A stretch of DNA of 63,169 nucleotides, filler included, from Diploschistes diacapsis (lineage: Eukaryota): NCBI GenBank assembly GCA_023645945.1. It is 16 parts of 16 records of this genome, joined end to end, with 100 filler letters (N's around TTAATTAATTAA, not from the genome) between each part and the next. Parts side by side here need not be neighbours in the genome. Positions count along the whole stretch, not along the records: positions 1 to 1,398 come from JALAIB010003167.1; positions 1,499 to 2,895 come from JALAIB010003168.1; positions 2,996 to 4,391 come from JALAIB010003169.1; positions 4,492 to 25,603 come from JALAIB010000317.1; 12 more parts are not named here. One strand, written 5' to 3'. The first letter of the stretch is position 1, and each line of letters begins with the position of its first letter. A model generated the notes under the pieces. The model made no database searches. It was not told where the DNA came from and saw only the letters and a list, made by a program, of their open reading frames with translations. Shown here in pieces: positions 1 through 12,600 of the stretch. The position numbers and the translations under genes are program-made.

Positions 1-850
1 GTATTATATAGTTAGTTTCGAGACGTTTCGATTGAAATCTAATTAATATTAATATATAATACTTTAAAAATGATTATAGGCGGTAATATCCCGTTAATAA
101 TTAAAATATATTCGACCGTAATTTTTTATTTTTATTTTTTAAATAATTTTTTAATTCGAGTTTGTTCGATTTAAAACGAAGGCTTTAAAAAAAGAATTAT
201 CATTAATATTAAAACTTAACTCGTTTATATTATAAATATATTCGGGCGCGTATTGCTTTTTATTGTATTAAATTATCACTATATCGAACCACCGTTATAT
301 AACCTCGTAACTTATCGTATTAAATTTATTCGACTCGATCTATCTCGTCTAAATATTAGTAATTTTAGGAAATCGTTTGCGAAATCGCGATATTTAATTT
401 TTACCGATAGATTAAAGATTCGCGATCGTGATTTCTAAATTTAAACCGAATCGAATTCTTTCGCGTCGAATCTTTTCGGTTATTTTTATCACTAACGCAG
501 ACGATGCAGGAAAGCCAGTTTATATAAAACGTGTAATCTATCGTATTAATATCTTTTTTTCCGAATTTAAAAGGATTTAAATCGCTTCGTGATTATTAAA
601 ACGAGATTAAATTCTATCGAATCGATCTATAATGGTCGACCGAGATACTTTAAATGCGCGAATAACTTCTCGAATGTTAATATATTATTATAATTTTAAG
701 ACTTATAAACAGTCGTTAATATTAAATTCTATTAAAATCGAATTATTATTATGCGAGGTAATCATTATTGAGAAAGATCGAATGTAAGATGAAAATAATG
801 ATTTAAAGTGGCCGGAATCTGGGGGTGGCCGGAATCCCCGTGAAACACGT
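1..850 (-). mobile_element. RIP-mutated Fot1/pogo (Tc1-mariner) DNA transposon, 5' part
   Basis: TIR at 808-850 (reads ACGTGTTTCACGGGGATTCCGGCCACCCCCAGATTCCGGCCAC on -) flanked by TA at 851-852. Transposase ATG at 765. The sequence is the reverse-complement homolog of the HTH-coding relic at 37082-37378. Confidence 0.85.
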
Positions 851-852
851 TA

Positions 853-1398
853 TATAAAAATAAATAATCATAACAAAATAATTACTTTCGCGGTCGATAC
901 CTAAAACAATAATTCATACATCCCTTACTCCCGCCGGACTTACAAGAATCGTGGTAAAGAAGAGACTAAGACCTCTACCGAAACAATCAGCGAGAAACCG
1001 ACCATATCCATTAAAGAATAAATCAACAACGAAACCTGCTATAACTACCATAAAAAAAACACTTCGCCAATAACTACCCCGAGCGCGAACCCAAATCGGG
1101 AAAAAAATAGCCTCCATACAAACCCTAGATGGAAGATCTAACGAACAAGTAAGCGACAACGACGACGAATCGCCTTAATAACATGATCGAACGATCATAA
1201 GAACCTTAGAAGAAGAATTCCCAACGACGCCTACCTTTACGTCGGATGTAGTACTAAATAAAAGATATAAAACGGGGTTATATTATTAAAATAATTTTTT
1301 AACTAGATTAATAGATAGAAGACGTGAGTAATAAATCTTTACGGCTTATCGTCGATATAGATATTATTTATTTTTTTAAATAATTTTATCGAGGCGAA
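853..1398 (+). mobile_element. RIP-mutated LTR-retrotransposon gag fragment with CCHC zinc knuckle
   Basis: 1037-1080 reads TGC TAT AAC TAC CAT AAA..CAC TTC GCC AAT AAC TAC. Reversing G>A changes gives CYNCH..HFAN.C (CX2CX4HX4C). Confidence 0.6.
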
Positions 1399-1498
1399 NN
1401 NNNNNNNNNNNNNNNNNNNNNNNNNNNNNNNNNNNNNNNNNNTTAATTAATTAANNNNNNNNNNNNNNNNNNNNNNNNNNNNNNNNNNNNNNNNNNNN
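1399..1498. other. Artificial contig linker (first of 15)
   Basis: 44N-TTAATTAATTAA-44N, giving stops in all six frames. Identical linkers start at 1399, 2896, 4392, 25604, 27100, 28594, 30088, 31582, 33074, 34566, 36058, 37550, 39041, 40532 and 61679. Confidence 0.99.
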
Positions 1499-1672
1499 TC
1501 GTTCTTATATAAACTTAAAAAGATTTTTTAAGAAATATTTTATATATTCGTCTTTTCTTTTATACTTTTTATCTTCGTTATAATAACGAGTTCTTAATCT
1601 CTTACGTTTAACAATAAATATTTGCATATATTAGAAAGCCCTACCGTTCAGAAACGAGAGACTAAAAACTAA

Positions 1673-2420
1673 AAACTAAAAAATGGGTTATATAGAATTC
1701 TTTATTAAAAACGGATGCTTCTGTTATCGACCGACAAATTTGAGAGGAGATGTTTAAACGAGCGGCTGAACTGAAAAAGAAGCCGGAATACAGCGGTTCA
1801 AAACGAAAACTAGACACCCTAATAAGACAAGGAACCTGCGCCGCAGCTAAAAAATGAAATCGAGCATCGATTATTCGAATAATATAATTCTAAATATATC
1901 GAAATAATTAATAAAAACGCTATTAAGATTACGTAAAGAAATAAAGGACCTATAAACAAAACGACGCCTTCCGAGAAACGTTTCACGTCAATAAATCTTA
2001 ATCTCTTATTTAATCGTCTATTAGTATCAAACACCGCCTATGGCTAGACTTAATAAGACGTAACGGTACTTTAAGTCTTATTCTGGATCCGGAATGAAAA
2101 TTTATTATTAAAACGCCGAAGGCTCCTTTATCAATCTTTAAATTATACGACATTCTTATAAAAAAACTATAAAAAAAGCTTAAATATCTAAGGATGTGGA
2201 TTATAAAAAGTTTATTTAAATCTTAAAATCGAGTTTCAATAAGCCATTCATGTTCGACTTTAATGTTCACGAAGTAAAAATTGCTTTTAAAAACGAACCC
2301 GACCTTATTCTAATAAAAAACGAGAAAGCGTTAAAAACTATTATAGGACGCATATAGAACCGTAATATATTTTAACTACAATTTAACATTTCGGATAAAT
2401 CTTAAAACGTGGATATATTA
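1673..2420 (+). pseudogene. RIP-destroyed coding relic of unknown family
   Basis: Protein-like frame (EEMFKRAAELKKKPEYSGSKRKLDTLIRQG...KHRLWLDLIRRNG...) broken by TAA/TGA stops typical of Q/W codon mutation. Family not recognised. Confidence 0.35.
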
Positions 2421-2995
2421 AACGCTCCGCCTTATTCTAACATTTAATTATTTTAGTTAGAATTAAACTCTCTTTCGTCACCGCTAGATCCTTCTATACC
2501 TTCGCGTCCTTCTATACCGTCGCTAGACCGTCCTATATAACCAATATAGATATTAAATATAAGTAAGTTCTTTAACCTTAAGATTATTCGGTAAAGACGA
2601 GGAAGATACTATACCGGATAATTTATTAATCAATTACTAAATAAAACTCAATCCGAAAATAAAATCCAATTAAAGAAAAAAAAGCCAATTATTTATAATA
2701 CTGTATTAAAAAGTTATTATCCGATCAAGTTTTATATCGAATCCGTAGATCGGCCATAAGAAGATACCGGAATAAATAACAAAAAAATTAAAAATAATAA
2801 TAATTAATAATATAATGTTTCTTTATATTATAGTTATTTTGTTTATTTATTCGTAGAATATCTATCGATCTCAATCTTAATATAATTTTTAAAAANNNNN
2901 NNNNNNNNNNNNNNNNNNNNNNNNNNNNNNNNNNNNNNNTTAATTAATTAANNNNNNNNNNNNNNNNNNNNNNNNNNNNNNNNNNNNNNNNNNNN

Positions 2996-3078
2996 ATTCC
3001 AGGAGGTTCAACTGAACTGAACCTTCTTCTAGAATTTAGTTAGATTTTCAGCCATACCTTCTACCTGTCTGTTCAACA
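2996..3078 (-). mobile_element. Partial LTR, family B (TGTTGAGCAG start)
   Basis: Reverse complement matches the first ~110 bp of the LTRs at 30385 and 35680. Confidence 0.75.
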
Positions 3079-3599
3079 ATTTTATTTTATTTATTAACTT
3101 ATCTTATCGTCTAAATAATAACTTAAGATTCACGTAATTATAATATTTTAATCCTTAAATACGGATATTATCTATTAACGGCTTTTCGTTTAATTAATGT
3201 TCGGTAAGCGTCGCGACTGAACTATTTAATTTAAATTTTATTATTATTCTGTTTCGGATATAACATTAGATTAATATTATTTCGTTTTAAAAAACGTATT
3301 TTTATTTCGTTCTTTTAAATATAACACGGATGTTTATTTCGGTAATTTATATAAATCTTTCGGCAATATTATTTTAACTTAACGTGTATAGTATTATCGG
3401 TTTTATCTAAATTCTTAAATTTCTTTCATTTAAGGTACAACGCGATACGTATCTTTAAACTTTTAATTAGACCGAATGAATTAAAAAGGAGGGGACCTTT
3501 GGATTGAAACACGTCGATTTTTGATTTATATATCAATTGAATAACGGAGAGATGGTAACGACGTAAAGAGGAAGAGGAGAGTCGCGTCGTGACGCGTCT

Positions 3600-4391
3600 T
3601 ATTTCTAATAAAACCGCGTATGCGGGCCGGCGGAAAGCTCGAACGCGAAAAATAAATTAAAAAACGTAATATAAGCAATCGAGGCATACGTGAAAATAAA
3701 ATAAAATAAAAGATTAATATAATTCTAGATTATAATAACGGAAACGATACGCGGAAACGACGCCGGCGCGTCAGAATTCAACCGTAAAGAAAACGCGTTA
3801 AAACTAAAAGAAAAACTAAACACGATCGAAAAAAATATAAAAACGATATAAAGAATTATAAAAAAATAAGAAAACAACCGCAGCAACATCGGGAACAAGA
3901 GTTAAACTTAAGTAATAGGTTCTACCCCCGGAAGAAAGAATAGAGTAATAGAAGTATTAAAAAGAACGATTAGAAAGATTATAATTCGATTAAGAAATAA
4001 GATATAAATAAAAAAGTAACGGAATAAGCCCGAGTTAATAACGGACGCGAAAAAAGTTAAAATAAAGAACATTATTGTAACCCGACGGCTTCTTAACGGG
4101 GACGTAAAATTCGTAATAAATTAAAAAGAAATAAAAAACGAAATCGAGAAAATAAAAGAATAAATAACGATGTTCGAACGAAGAACGAAAGTAATACGAA
4201 AGAAATTTATAATAATAACGTATAAAATACGGATAAACTCCGTGAATATTACGAAATAAAACGCGGCGATATACGTTATTAATAAAATAAACCCGAATTT
4301 AAAGAATATAATACGTCGAATAGCATAAAAAAAACGAATCTTAATAAACGGAAAAAAATTAATTTATTATTTATCATAATCGGAACGGCCG
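3600..4391 (+). mobile_element. RIP-mutated LINE (Tad1-like) ORF1 fragment
   Basis: Frame near 4070-4245 reads IIVTRRLLNGDVKF...E*ITMFERRTKVIRKKFIIITYKIRINSV. This resembles the 'ARRLPSGDV...W..FG..A.V....F.VVAHGI' pattern of fungal Tad1-type ORF1 after G>A/C>T mutation. The 5' boundary is approximate. Confidence 0.6.
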
Positions 4392-4491
4392 NNNNNNNNN
4401 NNNNNNNNNNNNNNNNNNNNNNNNNNNNNNNNNNNTTAATTAATTAANNNNNNNNNNNNNNNNNNNNNNNNNNNNNNNNNNNNNNNNNNNN

Positions 4492-7400
4492 CTCTTCCTC
4501 CCCTCCCTCCTCCAAAACTCCTCCTTCTCCCTCTTCTCCCTCTCCCTCCTCTTCTCCTCATTCTCCCTCATCTTCCGCCTGAACGGCTCCTTCCTCTTCT
4601 CCTGCGCCGCCTCCCTCTTCTCCCTCTTGGCTTTATGCAGCGTCATCACCATCTGCATCAGCTCCCTCGCCTTCTTCTCCTCCCCGCCCTGCACCACCGC
4701 CCGCTTCTGCATGTACGTCTTTTTCTTGCCCTGCGGCCTCATCTCCGCGATCTGCGACTTGAAGGGTAGCTCGGCCGCGAGCTTGCGCGGGACGCGCAGC
4801 GGGTTGAAGTGGCGGGTCGGGCGCTCGATGGCGCGGTAGGCGGAGTTTGGGGCACTGGGGGTGGGGATGTTTTCTGCGGCACGGATTTCGCCCGTGAGAC
4901 GCATTTGGTGCCAGGCTGCGGTGGAGGAGAAGGGATCGGCTGTTGTCTTTTCCCCATCGGTGGCCGCTGCTGCTGAAGGAGGTGCACAATCAAGGAGGTT
5001 GGTCACGGGGTTGTAGAAGCGATGGGGCTTGACGGCGTACCATGTGCGGAGGAAGACGATGTCGCTCATGAGGATCTTGTCCTCGAATGTGGCGCGGTAA
5101 TAACCCTCTGGCTTGCTCAGGGCGCGCTTGATCTGGCCTCTGACACCGGAGACGGTGCGGATGCTAGCGCCCTCAAACTTGGCGATTTCGAGGGCGGTGC
5201 TGAACATGTCTTTTATGAAGGCGGTGTTGCGGAAGATTTTGTAGGGATGGCCGGTCAGCTTAAGCTTTTTGACGATGTCCACGTTCTCGTCCACGTTTAA
5301 GACGACGCCGGTGGCTGCGATACGGAAGCTCGGATTGGAATTTGAAAAGGACTGTACGCAGCAGAAACCGGTGTTAGGAGCAATGAGCGGCCCGTAGAAT
5401 GTTCCAAAACAGTGCATGTGCTCTGGCGTATATTTGAGCATACGGTTCCGAGTGCGCGAATCCGAGATACTGTATAGCGGTAGCGTTTGAAAACGTCGCC
5501 AGCCGAGGGAGAATATTAGGGGATCATTCGTCTTCAGAATCTTCCTATGCCATCTATGCCTCTTGATCCGGACTTGGACGAAACCAAATCTCTCCTCTGT
5601 AGCCGAAAGACCGCCAATCAGAATTGGAAATCGTGGGTTGAAGCTGCTCACAAATTCGCAGGGTACGTCCTCTAGCACGATGCGAGCATATGTGCCAGCT
5701 TTGTAGCCCTCGACTCGCAGTCTGGACCTCTCATCCAGAGCATCAAATTCCGCGCGGTTGACATTCAGTTGCTTCTGAATCTTTGCTTTCTCCGCATCGT
5801 ACCATTCATCTTCCCCAAATTCTGGCTCATCCGGTCCTTGCCTTGGCTCGTTAGCTTTATCATTGAGAAAGCCTTCACGATCTTCTTCCTCAAAACGGAG
5901 CTTCAGTTCCTCTTTTCGCTTTGCGTTCTTCTCTCTTTCTGCTTCCAAAGAAATTTGTTCCTCATCTTTATTCACCTCATCGGGTCCAACCGCAGTAGTG
6001 GCTTCTAAGTCCTCAAATTCTCCATCTCCTTCACTATCACCTTCATCTTCGCCCAATTCCATGGTCCCACCATTGGTCGGTACAGCATTAGGCCCGGTAA
6101 GTTGGGCGCCTGCGAAGCGCTTACGGATTGCCTCAATATTGTCAGGATCACTCCACTTCTTCTGAAGGGCGTTGTAGTCATAATGTGGGATTGCTCGGCT
6201 TTCTAAAGCCTGAATTTCTTCTCTCTTTCTTGATTTTCGGAAGAAATTCTCGTCTTCTGCATCTTTCTGCCCATCATCTTCCTCTTCTTCACTTACTTCA
6301 TCCCCCCTCCAGCGCCTGACAACTTCCATCGGCGTTAAAGATTCATCATAAAGCATAACTGCAAGATCCATTGTCCGTGAACATGGAGCCTTGTGATGTA
6401 ATTCGGCCTTTGCACCAAGATTCTCCTTCCATCGCAGGTTGCCAAGGTCTTGGTTGTCATCGTCATCATTATCTTCTTCTTCGCTTTCGCTATTGTCAAG
6501 CTCTTGATCTTCTACGCTAGACACAGACCCAATATCCGAGTCACTGTCAGCAAAAGCTACGTCATGACTATCGTTGACCTTGGTCGAGCCGTCCTTGAAC
6601 ATCGTACCGAGACGACCGGTTTGGAATTCTTCGTCTCCTTCATCGGCGCTACGCTCTCCGCTAACAAAGCCTTCATCTTCATGATCATCAGCGTCTGGAA
6701 AATCATCGTCATCATTGTCTCGCTCAACAAGACGAGCACCTCTTCGTTCCTTTCTTCCTGTGTTACGTTCCTCGATTTGCTGCTCGATATGGCTCCCACC
6801 AGTAAACAGTCTGACACCTCTGTGGTCCTCTCCTAGCATCCTCTTTCCACTCTGCAAATCCACCACCATCTGCTCTCCATATCCCCTTTCACCGTCTTGC
6901 TCACCATCTACATCAAACGTAGAAGTCTTGACGTCCACGTAGACCGCATCTTTGTCCACTAAGACACCTCCTACATCGGACATTGGCGCGAACAGAACTT
7001 TCTGCTTCTCTCCAAGCCTCCGTCTTTGAGCTTTACCAGACACTTTGGCTGCCGCCTGATCCATGAATGGCGTAGGGCACGGATCCGGTAAAGCCTCGAC
7101 CATAGCCACGTTGAGGTCTCCGACACCTGGGACATGCACACGAGCGCCGCCTGCAGGGAAGTTCGATCCCCGTAGATAGCCGTACAGAGCAACAGTCCGG
7201 TCACACTTCTTGTTCTTCTCAACTTCTGTCGGCGGCGTAAGATCAACCATGCGATCCGCCAGACAGTAAGGATGCGAGTTTCTCCAAATCAGCGGCCTTG
7301 GGTTCTTCATAACCGAGAGAAACCTTGAAAGATTATGCACCTCCCTGTCCGGGTATCTTCCATTGATTACCCCCGATAAGTAGAACAGTTTGGCGCCATG

Positions 7401-8132
7401 GTATAGTTCACCCCAAAACCTGTGTTTCAGCCTCTTCTTCGCATCCTTCAGAGTACTGGCCGTGCGGAAAAGGTCCAAATGTGTGAGTATGCCGAAGACG
7501 TTGCCCGGCATGCCGCTGGCCGCGAGCACGTTGAGAAACTCCATGGTCTCCATTTCGAAGCCATAGTTCCCGTCAATCATCAGTAGGACAATGTCGGCGA
7601 TTTTTGAGACGTCTATCATGCTGGCAAGGGAGTCGGCAGGGCATTCCATGAAGGTGAGCCGGCGGCGTTTAGACGTGACGACTGTCAGAGGACCGGTGGG
7701 GGAGGAGAGGGTCTGTTTGGTATATCGCTTTATGAGGGATTTGATGAGGGTTGTTTTGCCGACCTATGTTGCTATGAATGAAGTGCTAATGGAGAAAAAA
7801 AAATCCCTTACACCTGGTGGGCCAACAACGGCAACAACCAAGGGTGGTGCTTCCTCGGGCAGCCTGTCCACCAGAGGGACATGGAGCCTCTTCTCGCGGA
7901 CCTATCGTACTATCAGCCCATCTGTTCTGGATCTTTCCGGCGTTGGTTGCATACATCATGAGCCCTCGCCGCCTGCTTCCGGAGCTTCCCCGGCGCCGCA
8001 ACCGCAAAGGCTTTTGGATTTGGACCTGAATTGCGTGAGCTCGGAGCGGACACCGGATGAATAGTACATACCTGAAGTCCGCTGCTTCTTCTCCTCCGTC
8101 TTGCGATGGGGCCTATTGGCTTGGTTCTCCAT
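4492..8132 (-). CDS. BMS1: Ribosome biogenesis GTPase Bms1, 3' end truncated by contig break
   Basis: ATG at 8132 (MENQANRPHRK). Three short GT-AG introns at ~8071-8026, ~7953-7903 and ~7811-7764. Splicing rebuilds the P-loop VVGPPG/VGKTTLIKSL. AARP2CN and C-terminal motifs follow (KRHRWHRKILKTNDPLIFSLGWRRFQT, RATFEDKILMSDIVFLR). Confidence 0.97.
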
Positions 8133-8493
8133 CGTCCAGCACCTTCTACAAAGCTCAAACAGTCGTCCTCAATTTCCGAGATTATTTGTTGCTGCTAAAT
8201 TTCAGTGCTCGGCTTGCGTCGGGCTTAAGAAACTCTTATCTTATCCCCGTGCCTCTTGAACCTTCAGGTGCAAGTCACCCGTGGCGCGTCATCTCACATA
8301 GTATATAGTAGCACGCGTGTTTGAACAGAGAGGGGCATTATGAAGGACCACGACGTGTGCGATGCTATCTGCCTCACAAGCTCTCCTCTCTTCTACTAAA
8401 TCTTCATAGTACTATACATCCATTATTTATTCCCAATCTAAAAGACAACGTCTATTCTTGGTTCTCAGCATAAACACTAGACTAACCTCCAAG

Positions 8494-8990
8494 ATGCCTT
8501 CCTACGTTGTAAGCTCCTCCCCTCCTCCTCCTTCCGCCGCCAGGCTCTTCCCTCTCTTCTCCCCAACTACTTGCTTACAGATCACGCAGGTCACCCTCAA
8601 AGACGGCGCTTCGGCCGAGGAACTCTCCAAGTATGTCACTACATTCACCATCACCATCTCCATCTCCCCATACCCATATCCACACCCCCACCACACCCCT
8701 CCATGAGCACTTTCCCCAGCTGATAGCCTACCAAGAGCCAAAGAGCAAGCAACCTCCCAAGGCGGGAACATAACACACGAGTACACACTGATCAAGGGCT
8801 TCACGTATGTCCCTCTCCTTGCCCTTCCCTTTCTCTTCTTCCACTTTTGGTCCAGTTATACACAAACAGTGGGCCAGACGCTAAAACGATATTGCTATAT
8901 AGGGTTGAGTACCCGGAAGGCCATGCTAGTATTCTGGAGTCGAACGACCACATCGAGGTGGAAAAGGATCAGGAGATGAAGACTCAGTAA
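8494..8990 (+). CDS. 70-aa peptidase inhibitor I9 family protein (Pbi2/POIA1-like, subtilisin-propeptide fold)
   Basis: Exons 8494-8508, 8590-8630, 8736-8804 and 8903-8990, with GTAAGC/GTATGT donors and AG acceptors, splice in frame to MPSYVVTLKDGASAEELSKAKEQATSQGGNITHEYTLIKGFTVEYPEGHASILESNDHIEVEKDQEMKTQ. The YxVxLK...GG.I.H.Y..IKGF...VE.D..M pattern is I9-like. Confidence 0.88.
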
Positions 8991-9641
8991 ATGAGGGACT
9001 AGGGGGTTTGAGAGGACATCTACGGCGGGTTTTGGGCCAAGAAGGAGAGGAATATGCTTCGGTGGCTGTATTGAGTGTACTTTTTTGTTGGCATATGCAG
9101 CTATGTCTTTTTTTTTGCTGGACTTGAGTCTTGTACTGCATTTAGAAATACCACGAGCTGAATTGGATGCATTACTGTTCAACAGCCACAATGCCACCCA
9201 GAAACCCCATCGATACCTAACTGATCCCGTCTCGTGAAAACATCCTTTACTTACATACATATCCTTAACAGCCAGCAGGATCTGAATCCCAGAATGATGA
9301 TCAAAGTCCCGTTTAATAAGCCCATAGATACCCGATCTCGTCTAATAGCTACATCATGCGTACCTTGCCATTAATGCGCCTTGGAGATCGTGATCCATAT
9401 ACACCGAACATGGCAGAGTGCGTGGAAGAGGTGAAGGAAAAGGAAGAGGAGCTCGTAAGAGATGGCTCTGTGGAAAAGAAAAGCTGAAGCATGGAACTTG
9501 ATCCAAGCGCCTTCTAGAAAACCACCTCGCTGAGACGTGGAATAGCCGAAGTCTGCAATAAAATGAAAACGCCAGTCAGTGTGTCGTACACATGATATTC
9601 CCAGGATCAAAGTTACGCCAAGATCAATAATTGGATCCGCC

Positions 9642-12600
9642 TCAGATATCCGGTACGCCGCGACCGGCACTGGGTCTCATTGCAGAAGCAGAACTTCCCA
9701 TGTTTGGACTTCCTTCTCTGTCTCTTTCTTCCGCCTCGAGTCTTTTCCGCCAGCTGGCAAGGCTGTTACTCAACCCACCGCCTGATCCGTTCGCTGGCTC
9801 CCGCTCAAAGTCGAAATTATTGCTTAGTCGGTACGTACGATGCGTGCCTTCCCACTGTGTGCGTAAGTTTTCAAGCTCAGACGCGAGGTTGTCCAAAGCC
9901 ATGCTGTTGCGATCGAGCCCTGTCGTGCTGAAAGACTCACCACCGATGCTGTTGCTGTGGGAATGATTCGTTCCTCCTGTATATGTCGATGTATTACTTG
10001 GTTCGCGCGTATGGTGGGACGCGGCACCGTTGGGCTGCATTTGCGACTGACGCCTGTAGGTATCCACGGAGTGCTCCATATGATTTAGTAGAGTAGTCAC
10101 TTTCTCTTCCGCGTCAGTGGCTCGAGCCTCGAGCGTGGAATTCTCGTTCCTAAGCTTCTCCATGTCCGCTTGGGTTTGTCGAGTAATGATCGCCAGTTGC
10201 TCATTTTGGTTTCGTAATTCGTCTCGTTGATGCTGAGTGTTTTGTAGCTCGCCACGTACCTCCGACATTTGGTTTTCAAGTTGAAAGATCGATGTCTTGA
10301 CGCTTTCTTGCATTTTCTCGATTTCTTGTTGCAGCGCTTGCCGCTCATTCTCCCAACCTGCTGGGCTTGCGGACCCTCCAGCCCGAACTTTTTCCAATTC
10401 GGCTTGAAGACGGTTGTTCTGCGATTTCGATTTGGTCAATTCATCCTTCATGCGCTTCAGCATCTTTTCGGTCCCTTTGACATACGATACAGCAGATTGA
10501 TAGTCCTGTTCCAGCAGCTCCAATTTCTCACGGTAAACCTTCTCTGAGCCCTGCTGGGTGATCTCGAAAGAGGACTTGGTTTCCTCGTGAGCTTTTCGGC
10601 TGTCCTCCAGTGCTTGCTCAAGCTCACGGAGTCTGGCGGTGTCAGGCGACCGGGCTCCAGAAGGGCTATCGAGACTTCTGGTTACAGAGGCAGATCTTTC
10701 CTCGATAATGTCTTTGAGAGCTCCGTGCTGCACGCCTAGAGCGCTTGCGTCGCGTTGCTGGGATTCCAACTTTGACCGTAGGTCCCTGCTTTGACTTTGC
10801 CAATTTTGAGCAGTCCGAATAGCTTCGGTGAGTTGCTTCCGAATATCTAAGCTTTCCCTACTTGCCTGCTGCTGGTATGCTTCCAAGCCTGCTATTCTTT
10901 CTTCCGCGCTGCGAAGTTTCTCAGAAGCTTCCTCGGCTTCTGCATGAGACTTCATTACTAATGAATGGGCATCTTTGACCTGCTGCTGTAGCGTCGCAAT
11001 CTTTCTTTCGCTAGCCGCAATCTGGCTATTGTCCGCCGGCCTGGTGTTTAACTTGTCAAGCCCAGCTAATACGACATCTCGATGCTTTTGTGCCTCGCCA
11101 GCATGCTTCTCGGCAAGCTCTTCCGCGTCCCGGAGTCTACGGGTGGTTGTCTCGAGCTCCGCCGTACGTTCCTCGTGTTCTGTCCGTAATTGCGAAAGCT
11201 TCATTTGCACACTTTCCTTTTCTTCACGCTCCTGCTGCAGTTTCCTGTCCAGCAAAGCATATTTCTCGTCCGATGAAGAAACTGCCTCCCGTAAAGAGGT
11301 AAACATCGTTCCGTGATCTGCGAGACGCCCGGTAGACTCTTCAAGCTGGCGTTTGAAGTCTTCGTTGTCAATCTCAAGCATCTCTGCTTTAGCTTGAGCA
11401 TCGTTGAGCTGCGAAGCACTTTCCCTTGCCTCCTTTTGTGCTTCAAAAAGCGCAGCTCGTATACTTTCAACTTCCGCAGGGTTTTGTCCTTGGTCTAATT
11501 CTAGGGCTCGCTTGTGTGCAGCTTCGGCATTAGTCTCAGCAACTTCTCGAGCTTTCTTTTCTGAGACGAACTGTGCATCAAGAGCAGTAAGTTTTGCCTC
11601 TAGCTCGGAATGCCGCGCGTAGGCAGCGGCCAGCTTACGAGATACGACTTGCGAATTTTCGGACTCGTCAAGGTCTCGAGGTCCACTACCCAGTCGTGGA
11701 CTAGCGGATGGGCTCTCAATGTGTGCTGCAAGCTGAGCTCTGGCGTTTGCTGCATCACGGACAGCTGCCGCTCGCTCTTGTTCGACCTCGGCAATCTTCT
11801 TGACGAGAACCTCCAGACGAGTGCCATTGGTGCTTTGTATTTGAGCGAAAGTAGCCTTCATGGCCATTAACTGGTCCATAACCTGGTTTTGATTTCCACC
11901 AAAAGACCTAGCCGTAGCGTCCAGGTTCGACGACTGGTTTCCACTGGGCGAGTAACCCGCCTTCCGCGCGCCCACGAGCTCTGACATATAATATGCATTG
12001 CTATTCTTCAAAGCTTCAATCTCCTTCATTAATGAAGCGACCTGCTGGCCTGACGTAGCATTGGCTGATGTAGCGGCACCGAGCATGGTACTTTTACTTG
12101 GACCAGAGCCATCCTGCATTGCTGGTGTTTTATACTGCGGCTCATCGACTTGGCTGTTTTCTTTTTTAACGAGCGACTCAGGGCCCCGGACTTGCCGAGA
12201 TTGTGACTGGTTTCTCACGACATCGCTGAATGAGGCAGGCTCTTGTTCCTGAACATAGTTGTTGTTCACTTGGGGTGGAGAAGAACTTTGCGGCTGTCTG
12301 GTCGTTGTAGCAGGGCTTAGCGATCGGCTTGGCGGAGCTCGAAGCACCTCGCTGGCGGTAGGAGCCGGCTCAGGCCGGACTTCTGGACGTTCGAACGAGG
12401 GACCACGAGAGACCTCAGACGAAGGTACGTAGCCTCTTGGGTCTTTAGTAGGAGTGCGAGTCCGTGGAGCACCAGAACCAGGGATGGCGCTGACGTTGGT
12501 ACGAGGAGCAGGTGCCAGCTGTTGAGGCGGCGGGCCCGGCGACGGTTGAGATACCGAAGCAGCACGAGGGAGTCGAGATGCGGGTGGAGTACCGCCAGTT

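Noticed and set aside
1443..1454. Regularly spaced TTAATTAATTAA palindromes (~1.49-kb period)
   Set aside because: Assembly linker centred in N runs. The period only reflects similar contig lengths.
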